From Anaeramoeba ignava BMAN (lineage: Eukaryota; Protista; Anaeramoebae): 64,000 nucleotides of DNA. The position numbers and the translations under genes were made by a program. Shown here in pieces: positions 24,480 to 38,590 of this stretch. Positions within the stretch are counted from its first letter, which is position 1. The number at the start of each line of letters is the position of its first letter. The stretch is from NCBI GenBank assembly GCA_028826165.1, contig JAPDFW010000107.1:1-64000 (forward strand), in the 5' to 3' direction. The notes beneath the pieces are model-generated. The model saw nothing but the letters and a program-made list of their open reading frames with translations, was not told where the DNA came from and ran no database searches.

Positions 24480-27400
24480 ATGGACAAAAATTTAAAAACA
24501 TTAGAAAATGAAGTAGAAAATTATTTATTAAAAGAAACACTACATGAAACAATAGAAGGAATTTTATGGGAAGAAAACAAAACAACTACAAAAGAAATGC
24601 TAGAAATAGAAAATTTAGAACCAATGAAATTATATTTAGAAGTAACAAGTGAATGGGACATTGGAACAGGAGAAATAACAGGCATGCAAGAAAAAACAGC
24701 GTTTGGATATGGACTTCAATCACATAATTCAACATCTTTAACTCGTGAAAAAAATGAACAGCAAAATATTGAAGGTGAATTTGGTGGATTGCCGTTTTTT
24801 CCTGGTGGTTTTGTCCCTTTTGAAAAGCAAAAAATAATCGATCTTGATTCTATTCGTGCGGTTGAAGCTTTGGAAAAAAAAGATGGATTGGAAAAAATCC
24901 CTCCAGGAATTAAGGAGTTAATTCGTTCAAAACTTGGAATTAATAATCATGAACAAGTTGATGAAATTGATGAAATTGATGAAATTCAACAAGAAAATAT
25001 TGAAAACCAAAATTTAAATGAAAATGAAAATGAAAATGAAAATGAAAATGAAAATGATAAAAAAAATATTGATATTATTTTAAAAGAAAAAGAACCAACT
25101 TTAACTGATTTTGAATCAAATTTAAATTTAAAAGAGGATCTTGATAAAGATTCTAAAAAAAATTGGGTTGTTGAAGATCAAACAGATGTTTCTAATTTTG
25201 AAGAGTTAATTCCCAAACTTGCTTTAGAAGTATCATAAAAGATATTATAATTTAAATTAAATTTAATTTAATTTAATTTTCATAATTTTAAAAAAAAAAA
25301 AAGTTCCCTTTCAAATTGGATAACTTTCAAAAAAGAGCTATTCTTCACTTAGAACAAAATCAAAGCGTATTTGTAGCTGCTCATACATCAGCAGGTAAAA
25401 CAGTAGTAGCAGAATACGCAATCCAATTAGCAAAACAACACTGTTCAAGAGTAATTTACACATCACCAATAAAAGCATTATCAAATCAAAAATATAGAGA
25501 TTTCAAAAGGAAATTTAAAGATGTTGGAATTATAACAGGAGATGTGAGTTTAAATCCAGACGCATTTTGCCTAATAGTGACAACAGAAATCTTGCGAAAC
25601 ATGTTATATCGTGGAGCAGATGTGATCCGCGATATTGAATGGGTGATTTTTGATGAAATCCATTATATAAATAACTTAGAACGTGGTGTTGTTTGGGAAG
25701 AATCAATTATAATGCTTCCAAGTCATGTGAATTTTATCATGCTTTCAGCAACAGTTGAAAATTCAGTCCAATTCGCTTCGTGGATTGGAAGAACTAAGAA
25801 AAAAACAATTTATGTCATTTCAACTCCAAAAAGACCTGTTCCTCTTGAACATTTTATTTACACAGACACTTGCTCAAATTATAAACAAGGTCAGAAAAAA
25901 CATCTTGGAGAACTTTTTCTAATTGTTGATAAAAATGGAAAATTTCAAACAAATGGATACCAAAACGCTCTGCGTGCTCTTCGCAAAAAAGGAGAGGATG
26001 AAGAGGAAAAAAGAATTAGAAGAGAAAACGCAGGAAATATCACAACAAAAAAAGGCAAAATGCAACCAAATCGATCGAAAAACAAGCAAAAACTTGCACA
26101 ATCAACAAAGAAAATAATCTCGCCAAATCAAGGATTTAATTCAATGGGTAATTCAAATTTCAACAGATCATATTGGACAAATTTGGTGTCTCTTCTTCAG
26201 AGAGAGAATTTATTCCCAACAATTGTGTTTTCATATTCAAAAAACAAATGCAATAAGCTTGGGAGATGGATGGAATCATTTAATTTATTAACTCCAAATG
26301 AAAAATCACAAATCCAAGAAATGATTCACAAAACAGAACAAAAACTGCCATATGGTGATCGCCATTTACCGCAATTTGAGGAGATCAAGAGACTTTTAGT
26401 CAGCGGAGTTGGCGTTCATCATGGCGGTTTTCTTCCAATAATCAAAGAACTTGTTGAAATATTATTTTCAGAAGGTTTAGTCAAAGTACTTTTTGCAACA
26501 GAAACATTTGCAGTTGGAGTCAACATGCCAGCACGGTGTGTTGTGTTTAATAACATTGAGAAAAATGATGGCAAGGATTTCAGACCACTCCGTTCGGATG
26601 AGTATATCCAGCAATCCGGGAGAGCTGGAAGACGTGGGATTGACTCATCTGGAGTTGTTATCATTGCAATGAACAATAAATTCCATGATTCTTCACTTCT
26701 ATCTAAAATTATTCTTGGAAAACCAACTCATTTGGAATCTCAATTCAGATTGACTTACATCATGATCCTCAATCTGCTCAAATTTAACGAACTTAAAATC
26801 GAGGATGTTCTTAAGCAAAGTTTTTCCGAATTTTATTCCCAACTTGATGCTATTGAGAAAAAGAAAAATCTTTTACAAATAAGTAAGGAAACTCATGATA
26901 TTGAGGATATCCAATGCATTCATAATAAAAGTGAAGAGATGGAGAAATATTATGATATTGTTACAAAGCTTTCTTCTTTTAATGAGCTTTTCTCTTCTGA
27001 TCAACTTTCTCCTGGAAGAATAATCATGACCGGTATCGAAAAATCTCACAATTTCGCTGTTATCATCAAAACAAAAACTCAATCATCAAAATTACGTTTT
27101 CATATTCTTTCTTTCGATGAATTTGATTCTGAAAATTTTAAATTGGTTTGGATTGGAATCGAGGATATTATTATCACTTTTCAAGACAAAATCAAAATTT
27201 CCACAAACCAACTTTCCAAAGCAAATTCTTATTCAAAACAAAATTCAAATCAAAATTCAGATCAAAATCAAAATTCAAATCAAAATCAAAATTCAAATCA
27301 AAATTCAGATCAAAATCAAAATCAAAATCAAAATCAAAATCAAAATCGAGAAGCAGCTTTGAGTATCTTCAAAAAACTCAAACAAAAAGTTAAGGATCAC

Positions 27401-28225
27401 GACTCAGGAAAAAATCCATTCAAATTACTTAAACTGAAAAAAATATCCAATATTGATCCGAAAATAATTGAAGCATATACTGAAAAAAATACACTATTTG
27501 GTTCTTTAAAAGATAACTTATGCTATCAGTGTCCCTTAAGACAAAAGCATTTTGAGATACATAATTATTTGATGCAATTGAAAACACTCAAGCAAGAACT
27601 TCAATATGATCTTTCTGACGAAAGTTTAATATTCAAACCAGAATTTGATAAAAAACTTGAAGTGTTAAAAAAATTGGATTTCATAACTGATGATTTAACA
27701 ATAAAAACAAAAGGAAGAGTTGCTTGTGAAATTCACACTTGCAACGAATTAATTATGACTGAGATAATATTTTCAGGCGCACTTAACAAGCTTCAACCAG
27801 AGGAAATTGCATCTGCTTTAGCTTTCTTTCTATTCGAAAAGGGACACAATCGTCCTATTTATTTAACGGCACAAGTTGAGAAAGCAATTCAACAATTTCG
27901 TGAAATAATTGGAAATATTATTACAACAGAAAGAAAATGTGGACTTCCTGTTAATCCAATAGACTATTTTTCTCATTTTTCTTTGGATTTATCTCAAATT
28001 TTTTATCTTTGGGCTTCTGGTACACCTTTTTCTCAAATTATTCGTATTACTGATATAGAAGAAGGCTCGATTGTTAGATCTATTAGAAGACTTGATGAAG
28101 TTTGTAAGAAATTGCAAGTTGTTGCTAAAATTATTGGTGATGATTCTTTGGTTGAAAGTTTTAAAAAAGTTTCTGAGAAAATTAGAAGAGATATTGTTTT
28201 TGCTGCTTCACTTTATTATGATTAA
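24480..28225 (+). CDS. SKI2: Ski2 (SKIV2L) DExH RNA helicase, one intron 25230..25303
   Basis: AHTSAGKT, YTSPIKALSNQKY, DEIH, LSAT, GRAGRRG motifs, C-terminal RRDIVFAASLY, and the Ski2-type N-terminal PFFPGG motif (not Mtr4). Confidence 0.93.
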
Positions 28226-28382
28226 TTTTTTCCACTTATTTTTTTTAAAGATTATTTTAATAAATCTTTTTTTTTTGAATTTTTGGATCATTTTTTTTTT
28301 TTCAAATTTAAAATTTTCATTTTTCTTCTTCTTTTTCTTTCTATTTTTTATTTTTTTATTTTTTAATTTTTTATTTTTTTTT

Positions 28383-31300
28383 ATGAATTTTCTTTCTAAT
28401 ACTCCAACTTATCTTTTAATTTTTCCAAGATCTTATGAATATGTTTTTCATTCCATCTCAGATTTTTCATTTCAACATTTTAAAAAAGAACTTAACGAAG
28501 TTATTTTAAATTTTAAAAAAGGAGGTAAAATAAAAAAAATTAAATAAAAATTAAAATAAAAAATAAATGATCAATAAAACAAAAAATTTTTTAATCAATA
28601 AATTTAAGAAAATTCGTTACAATTTTCTTCAATCAGTATCTTATTAGAACATTCTAAAGCAATTTTAAGACATTTACTTACTTTTGAAGAGGAAAATTTT
28701 TTTCTTAATGAAATTATTCCTTCAATATTATTAATTCTAAATGAAAAGTAGAAAATTTTCCATTTTAAAAAAATATTTTTCGAAAATTAAAAATTAATCA
28801 ATTTATTTTTCAAAAAAAAAAATAAAAGCAAATTTTTATCAAATTTATCACAAGAAACTTGCGAAATTATCAATAAATTTTATCAAAATTTAATTAATCT
28901 TGTTTTGGATCGTATTGAAAAAGATGAAACAGTTTATTTTTATCAATTATTATCAAGAATTTTAAATACAGATTCTTATAAATGGAATCAAAAAAATAAC
29001 CAATTCAAAGATTCCATTTATTTAGAAAAAGTTGAACTTTTACAAATTCTAAATGATTTTGAAATTGTTTCTAAAATTAATTCAAACAATTTAAAAGATT
29101 CAAACAATTTAAAAGATTCAAACAATTTAAAAGATTTAAAAGATTCAAAAGATTTAAAAAATTCAAAAGATTTAAACAATTTAAATAATTTAAAAGATTC
29201 AAAAGATTCTAAAAATAATTCAAACAATTTAAAAGATTCAAAAGATTCAAAAGATTCAAAAGATTTAAATAATTCAAAAGATTTAAAAGATTTAAAAGAT
29301 TCTAAAAATAATTCAAAAGATTTAAAAGATTTAAAAGATTTAAAAGATTTAAAAGATTTAAATAATTCAAAAGATTCTAAAAATTTAAAATATTCTAAAA
29401 ATAATTCAAACAATTCAAAAAATTTAAATGAAAATGATAGTTTTGTTTTACTAAATGATAATTTAAAATATTCAAAAGATTCAAACAATTTAAAAGATTT
29501 AAACAATTTAAAAGATTCAAAAGATTTAAAAAATTTAAAAAATTTAAAAGATTCAAAAGATTCAAAAGATTCAAAAGATTTAAAAGATTCAAAATATTCA
29601 AAATATTCAAAAGATTCAAAAAATTTAAAAAATTTAAAAGATTTAAAAGATTTAAAAGATTTAAAAGAAAATGATTCAAATAGTGATGATAGTGATGGTT
29701 TTGTTTTAATAAATGATAATTCTAAAGATTTAAAAGATTTAAAAGAAAATGATTCAAATAGTGATGATAGTGATGATTTTGTTTTAATAAATGATAATGG
29801 AAATAATCCAACTATTTATGGAAATCCTCCAAAACCCCTTTCTATTTATTATCATTTGGAAGTAAAAATTACCATTTCATTCTTAATTGAAAAAAAAAAA
29901 TCTTAAATTCTAAAAATTTTTTTTCTTAGCAAGATATTGTTTCTCCTAAAATTTATTTCTTGGAAAATATTCAATTTTTTGGTAATCATTGGGGATTTGA
30001 GCTTTTGGAAAGAATTTTATGTGATCCTAATTACGAAATCACAATATCACAACTTTCTTATTTAATTCAATTAATTTCTAAAGTAAATCAATTTTAAAAA
30101 CTTAATTCTCAACTTATAATAATGTTTTTTTTTTTATGATTTGTTTTAATTTGATTAAAAAAAATTTTTTTAAAAGATCACAGAATCAATTGCAACAAAT
30201 TTATATCCAATAATTACTAAATTTATCGAAGGCTCAGTTAATCATTTAAAAAGAATTTGGGAAACAGAAAATTTTGAAAGTAATGCATCTGATTTAACAT
30301 CAAAAATATTGGATAATATCAAATTAACTTTACTTGCTTATGGAAATTACCCGCAAACAATGTCAAAAATTATCAAATATACACTGGATTTAGCAGAAAC
30401 TTTATACAAAAGAGAGAATGTTTCTGAAGCACAAATGACAGCCTTTGTTTTAATTCAATACTCAATAAATCAAAACAAAGCGTTTGCAACGAACTACCCA
30501 TTAGAAAAAACGCATTCAAATAAAATATCACTATTTATTGTAAATTGGATCAAATCAACCTCATTTTTATTCAAATTTTATTCTCGTAATTTAACTGCTA
30601 AAGATGTCAATTTGATTGAAATGTCTGGACATATATTAAGTTATATACTTAGTATTGATATTGATCTGAAAATTTTGGATATTTTGTGGTTAAAAGCAAC
30701 ACAACAAAATTTTGAGGATATTTTAATTAAACAAACCCTATTCAAAACAATCATTTTACTCATAAAACACGACCAACCAGATATTTTGCAAAATTTAAGC
30801 GATAAATTCGATTCAATTGCTGATTTGTCTGTTGTTGATGAATTTGTTTTTGAAGCATTGGAATGTTTAATTTCAAAAGCAATCCGAAATTCAAAACTTT
30901 GCGGAGAAAGAATTTTGTGGAATATTCTTTCAAACTCAAAAAATCTCCCAAATAATTTAATCACAAAAGCAAGAGAATTATTCCAAAAATCTATTCGAGA
31001 ATCGGATTCATTTCGGTTATTTTTTGAAGAAAAATCCGTTGTGAATATTTCTCAAAATTTAAATGTTAACTTTGCAATTTACACACTTCATACCATTTTT
31101 TCTGTTTACAATACATCAAACCTACAGTTTAATATTCGTCAAAGAATACAATTTCTGGATAAAAAATATTCTCTTTTTGATCTATTGATTCAAGACCTGG
31201 AAAACTGTGTTAGTCACAAATCCAACCCAAAACAATTACAGGATGAAAAACGAAAAATGCTTCTCCAAATCAAGCATATTAAAAATTTACAAATCAAAAT

Positions 31301-34300
31301 CAGATTCATTTTTAATCTCATTTTGCACTTGAGTTCTTCAGAACAAAACAAATTCTTCTGCAAAACTTGCAAAATTATGATCAACAATATCATTTCAGAT
31401 TATGAAAGAAACGCTTTCTTTGAAATTTTGAAAGAGTGGTTTCTGAACAAATCTCTTTCTCAAATATTCTTATCAAAACAATTCATAAAGTGCATAATTT
31501 TATTGTTCAAAAATTCTGATTTGTCAAAAACAACTTTCGTTCAATCTCAAGTTTTTATTATCATTTTCATCTTGAAGAATTTTGCCAATTACCAAAAATT
31601 TTTGGATTATTTCGATCAAGAATTATATTTGAAACATCCAACAAATTCTGCTAAATTTGCATGTGCTGATTTACTTTGGCAAATTTCTTTACAAGCAAGA
31701 AAAAAAGATACAAACAAATTTATAAGAAAAATTCTCACCAAATGCCATCTTAATAACTCAACAAATGGAATAGAAAATTTTATTGAAACTTCATATGATT
31801 TTCTTTCAAATTTCTTGAATTCATATTTATCGAATCCAAACAGTAAATCAAGTCAGGATTTACTTTTCAAAATATCGAGAATTCTTTCTATTATTACTAA
31901 TTTTATTCATCAATACGATAAACAATTCAAACATCTTGTTGATTATAAATCTCCACATGTTTCTTTCAAAAAAAGGATTGATTTCAAAATATGTTCATAT
32001 ATAATCACTGAACAAGACAAAAAACCTGAAGCAATTCAAGTTTTATCAAATCTTACTCTTTATTATTTCTTTGTTTTTCTTTCAAAGAAGTTTCACTTGA
32101 AAGTCCGTTATTTTTCACTTTCTGTTTCTGGATATGAAATCACATTCCAAGAAGATTCCACATTGAATCAACCTATTTATAGTCTTTATATATCAAATAA
32201 ATGTTTATTTGATACAAATGAAATTAATATTAAAACTTTTGATTCCAATTTTGGTTTATATCGAGTCTCAAAAATCCAAAAAGATCTTGAATTTGTAAAA
32301 TTAAAATCAAAATTAAAATTAAAATTAAAATTAAAATCAAAATTAAAATCAAAATTAAAATTAAAATCAAAATTAAATTTAAAATTAAAATTAAAATCAA
32401 AATTAAAATTAAAATTAAAATCAATTTAAAATTAAAATTCAATTTAAAATCAAATTTAAAATTAAAATTAAAATTAAAATCAAAATTAAAATTAAAAATT
32501 ATATTATTATTCTTCTTCTTAGAATTTTTCTGATAGATTTCCTGTTCAACTTCTTCTCAAAAAAAAAATATTTCCAAATTTAATCAAAATACTTAATTTA
32601 GAAAAAATAGTTGCAAAAAAAGCATGGAAATTAATTCAAGAACTTCCATTATGCAAAAATTTAGTAATTTATTTTCTCAAAAAAATATCATGGAAATGAA
32701 GGATTGGAACAATTTAAATTCCAAAAACAAATTCTATTTGTTATATTTACTTGATCTAATGCGTCTTCATATTTTTAATTCAAACAAGAAATTTGTTGAT
32801 ACTTTCAAACTAAAAAACGAAGAATGGTGCTCATCTTTTATTAACAAAGGTGGATTACAAAAATTATTGATTATTTATGGAGAATTAACTCAACAAATAT
32901 ATAATTTATTGGAAATTCCAAATTCAAATAATACTGATCATTTACCTTCAATTAAACTTTTTAAGAATCCTATTAAAAATATTTTGATTCAAGAAAAGGA
33001 CTCTTTTTACATCATTTCTCATCTTCTTGATACAATTTTCTACATCTTTGATTTTTCAAATTTTGTAAAAGATGATCAGGAAGTTTCTTTTGTAAATTCC
33101 AAAATATCAACAAATTTCGAAATTATAAATGATTTATTCGTTTTGATTCTGAAAAATATTCAACAATTTATTCAAATAATGTATTTCAATTCAGATCAAA
33201 ATACCAATAAATGGTTAGTTTCAATTATTGAAAAGTCTTTCAATATTGCGATTTATTTCCTCAACAATTGGAATCAACTTATGGTATTGGTTAAAAATTT
33301 AGATTTCAAGAAATGGGTTTATTACACACTTTTTATAAACAAATCTCAAGAAGTTTCAAATAGATTGATAATGTTTTTTCAGCAACTTTTTTCATCATCC
33401 CAAAATTCATCCAATTTTCTTATTTTCTCTGAAGAATTTTCACATCAAAAAATTTTGGTGGAAAATGGGATATCAAACCAAAAATATATCTTGAATTTAT
33501 TTTTTAGTTATTTTGAATTATTACATGAGTTTCAAGAAAGTTCAGGAGTATTTTTTGATAGTTTAATGGTGATTTTATTTCAAGTTGGAAATGAAAATGA
33601 AAATGAAAATTCTCAAAATTTTCTTGGGACAATTCTATCTAAAAAAGAATTATTTGATGTTCTGAAATTTATCATTTGGCAAATACAAAAACAACTCAAT
33701 TTCAATTCCCACAAAACATATGATTCTTTCCTTCTCATGCTATTATCATTTCTAAACAAATTTTTATTAAAAATCACTTCCCAAAAGCATTCAGAAGAAT
33801 TATTTACATATATTGGATTTAAACTTGGATTAATTGATGAAATTTTTCGTATTCATTTATTTCCTCTTGTTTCTGAAAAATCCCTCTATTTCAAAATTCT
33901 CCCAAAATTAAAAGATCGAGAATCAAGAAAGCAAGCGTATGATTTATTACTTTTGCTTTGTAAATATTCTGGCACAAATTTATATCATTTATCAAACATG
34001 ATTTTACTACAATTACAAAATGTAGAAGAATTAAATACTTGGGATGTTGAAAATCAAAATTATTCTTCTCCAAAACAATTGAAAAGATTATCCAAATCGT
34101 CAAAAGCACTAACAAAAACAATACCAAATACAAAAACAATACCAAATACAAAAATAAATTCCAAATTAAAAAATATTAACAAGAAAAAACAAGAACTTTT
34201 TTCATATTCGGGATTGGAAAATCAAGGATCAACTTGTTATATTAATTCAATTTTACAACAATTATTTTGGATTAAACAATTCAGAAAAAAAATCATAGGA

Positions 34301-37300
34301 GCAAATGTTTTTTTCAAATTAAAGAAAATCAATTTGAAAATTCAAGATAATAATAACAATAATAAGAAGAAAAATAAGAATAAGAATAAGAATAACAACG
34401 ATAGAAATAATAATATAAAATTATTTCAAGAACTTCAATCAATATTTAAACAATTGAATACGAGAACCCATTCTAGTATTAAAACTTCAAATTTTTGTCT
34501 TGCATTAAATAATATAAATATTATCAAAAGCAATGTAAATACTCAACAAGATGCAAATGAATTTTTACATAATCTTTTTGAAGTTATCGAAGATGTTATT
34601 AACATCACAAAAATGAATGATATATTAGATGTATTTACCGGCTCAATATTGCAAAGAGTTGTTTGTAAAAATCGACACGAATCAATAATCTCACAAAAAT
34701 TTCGCACACTGGAATTAGATATAGACAATATATCCAATTTACGTTTATCAATCACAAAATTTTTATCTAGTGAAAAATTAGAAAAAAAAAATAAATTTTA
34801 TTGTCAACATTGCCAAAAAAATGTTGAAGCAATTAAATGTTGTTATTTTGAAAATATGCCAGATATACTTATTATTCATTTGAAAAGATTTAAATATAAT
34901 AATAGGCAACATCAGATAATTAAATTGGATTCAGAGTTTACTTTTCCTTTTTCTCTTATTATTCAGCATATTCAACATATTCAACATATTAAACCTTCAG
35001 AACAAAACGATGATTCTTTCAATCAACAAAAATTTTCAGAGAAATATCTTCAAAATATTAAAAAAACAAAATATAATTTGATTGGAATTGTGATACATTC
35101 AGGTGGAGCGCAAACAGGTCATTATTATTCTTTTATTAACTCACCAAATTTTCAAAATGATTCTGAATTTTCAAAAAATGTTTGGCTTGAATTCAATGAT
35201 AGGAAAGTTTTTTATTTAAGTCCAGAAGATTTAAAAGAAAGATCATTTGGAAGTAAATATTTACAAACTAGTCAAATATCAACAAATGCTTATATATTAT
35301 TTTATGAAAAAGACAAGCAATATGTTTATACTGAAAATGAAACTAAGAACGAAAATGATGAAAACAATAAAAATGATGAAAACAAAATTGAAAACAAAAT
35401 TGAAAACAATGAAAATAATGAAAATAATCAAAATAATGAAAATAATCAAAATAATGAAAATAATGAAAATAATGAAAAATCAAATTGAAAATAATGAAAA
35501 TAATGAAAATAATGAAAATAATCAAAATAATGAAAATAATGAAAATAATCAAAATAATGAAAATAATGAAAATAATGAAAATAATGAAAATAATCAAAAT
35601 AATCAAAATAAAAATCAAAATCAAAATAATGAAAATAATCAAAATAATGAAAATAATCAAAATAATCAAATTGAAAACGAAAATCAAAATCAAAATCAAA
35701 ATAATCAAAATAATCAAAATTGAATCAGTTCAAAATGAAAATCAAAATGAAAATCAAAATTGAAGAAGAAATTAAAATTGAAAATCAAAATGAAAATGAA
35801 GATGAAAACCAAAATGAAAATAATCAAAATAATCAAAATCAAAATAATCAAAATCAAAATAATCAAAATAATCAAAATCAAAATAATCAAAATCAAAATC
35901 AAAATCAAATTGAAGAAGAAATTAAAATTGAAAATCAAAATAATGAAAATAATGAAAACAATGAAAATAATGAAAATAATCAAAATCAAAATCAAAATCA
36001 AAATCAAAATCAAATTGAAGAAGAAATTAAAATTGAAAACCAAAATGAAAATGAAAATGAAAATCAAAATGAAAATCAAAATGAAAATCAAAATCAAAAT
36101 GAAAATCAAAATCAAAATCAAAATCAAAATCAAGATGAAAATGAAAATCAAAATGAAAGTGAAAATACTTATGAAACACTTTCTCGAAGAGAATGCTTTG
36201 AAGAGACAATAAAAATTTATAATCAAAAAGAAATCAAAACATTATTTACACAAGATTATTCATATTTTATATCAGAACTTAGCAATATAGATCCAAATTT
36301 TTGTGAAGAAAAAATCAAAGAGAAAGCAAACTGTTTAGTTTCAATTATAAAAGTAGCAACATTATTCTTATTTAAGATTCAAATACACAAAAGAAAAGCA
36401 ATAGAATTAAATGATTATTTTAAACAAATTTCTCAATTATATTCAGATTCTAAAAAGGTTTCATATTGGTTTTTTGAAACTATTATTCAAAAAAATTGGA
36501 TCATAAAAATACTTATTAATTGTCCAATAATTCAAATTCGAAATTCGTTTTTAAATTTAATTCGAAGTGTAACTTCTAATATTATAAAAGAAGAAAGGAT
36601 TATTTATTCTAATTTGAAAAACCAAATTCAATCTGGAGAAAATGAAAAAGATGAAAAAGATGAAAAAAATGAAAAATCAATTTTAATTACTTTTATTGAT
36701 TTTTTAATCAAAAATGTATGATTTTTTTTTGAATTGAATTTTTCAAAAATCACTCAAATTATTCTTATTATTTTTATTAATATTCTTTTTCTTTATTTAA
36801 ATTTTTTGTTTTAGATTAATTCCTTTTCTAAAAAAAATTCAAACACAGAATATTTCCTCAATTTAATTTATGATTTTGCACAATTTGGAAAGTTTGAATG
36901 TAAATATTTATTTCATCGAGGATTTATTCAAATTCTTATTGATTTTTATATGAGAAATTTCGAAAGTCAAAATCAAAATGAAAATGAAAACGAAAATCAA
37001 AATCAAAATCAAAATCAAAAATCAAAATCAAAATCAAAATCAAAATCAAAATCAAAATCAAAATCAAAATCAAAATCAAAATCAAAATCAAAATCAAAAT
37101 CAAAATCAAATATTTGATAAAAAATATAGAAAAAGGAATACAATTTTATTCCACAAAATTAATTTAGATGAAGAAATAATTAAATCAAAAAATTTATCAA
37201 TAATTCTTCAAATTCTTTATCATATTTATTCTCATTGTTATATAATATCAACTATAAAAGAAGAAAGAAAAACAAATGAAAATCAAAATCAAAATAATCA

Positions 37301-38525
37301 AAATCAAATTGAAAATCAAATTGAAAATCAAACTAATCAAAATCAAAATCAAATTGAAAATAATGAAAATAATCAAAATCAAATTGAAAACAATGAAAAT
37401 AATGAAAATAATCAAAATCAAATTGAAAATAATGAAAATAATCAAAATAATGAAAATAATGAAAATCAAATTCAAATTGAAAATCAAAATCAAAATCAAA
37501 ATGAAAATGAAAATAATGAAAATCAAATTGAAAATAATGAAAATGAAAATGAAAATAATCAAAATAATGAAAATAATCAAAATAATCAAAATCAAAATCA
37601 AAATGAAAATAATCAAAATAATGAAAATAATGAAAATCAAATTCAAATTGAAAATCAAAATCAAAATCAAAATGAAAATGAAAATAATGAAAATCAAATT
37701 GAAAATAATGAAAATAATGAAAATAATGAAAATAATCAAAATAATCAAAATAATCAAAATAATCAAATTCAAAATCAGAATGAAAATAATCAAAATAATG
37801 AAAATAATGAAAATCAAATTCAAATTGAAAATAATGAAAATAATGAAACTAATCAAAATCAAAATCAAATTGAAGTTCAAAATGAAAATAATCAAAATCA
37901 AATTGAAAATAATGAAAATAATCAAAATAATCAAAATAATCAAAATAATGAAAATAATCAAAATCAAAATCAAAATGAAAATCAAATTGAAAATCAAATT
38001 CAAAATGAAAATCAAAATGAAAATCAAAATGAAAATCAAAATCAAAATCAATTTGAAGTTCAAAATGAAAATCAAAATGAAATGATCCTTGAAGTTAAAG
38101 AATTTGATAAACAAAAAAAATTCTTTAAAATTTGTAGTTTAGATTCATCAAATCAAGATATATTCCAAAAAATTACAAAAACTCTATCAATTAAAAGTTT
38201 TACTCTTTTTGAATTCTTTGTTAAAAATTGTTTTGAGTTATTAAATTTTATTTCAAAAAAAAAGGAAATTAATCAACAAATCGAAATCTTATCTTCATTA
38301 ATTGAAATTAAAGATTCAAAACAAGAAAAAAGAATTGAATTTATTCTTATAAAATCTCGTAATCTTTTAAAAAAATTGACAAAAAATGGTTTAGTCAAAT
38401 TAGTTTCTAAAATAGAAAAAGCATTTTCTAATTTAGTTCAAAATCATAATGAAGTTAAAATTTGGATTAAATCAAAAGAAACGATCCAAAAAATATTTGA
38501 ATCAAACGGAACAAATTTAAATTGA
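28383..38525 (+). CDS. Giant ubiquitin C-terminal hydrolase of USP9X/USP24/USP34 type (multi-exon; several homopolymer frame breaks in N/Q/E repeats)
   Basis: Cys box GLENQGSTCYINSILQQL, QQDANEF, Zn pair CKNRH/CQHC, His box HSGGAQTGHYYSFI, WLEFND and NAYILFY, with long helical N- and C-terminal regions. Short GT-AG introns link ORFs 28905, 30309, 32624, 35720 and 36978. Confidence 0.85.
32295..32522 (+). repeat. USP intron filled with (AAATTA/AAATCA)n
   Basis: GT after ...GAATTT and AG at ~32522 bracket the hexamer run; this explains the spurious KLKLK tail of ORF 30309..32429. Confidence 0.8.
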
Positions 38526-38590
38526 AAAATTTTTTTTTCATTTTTTTCATTTTTTTCATTTTTTTCAAATAAAAGAAAAATTAAAAAAAA

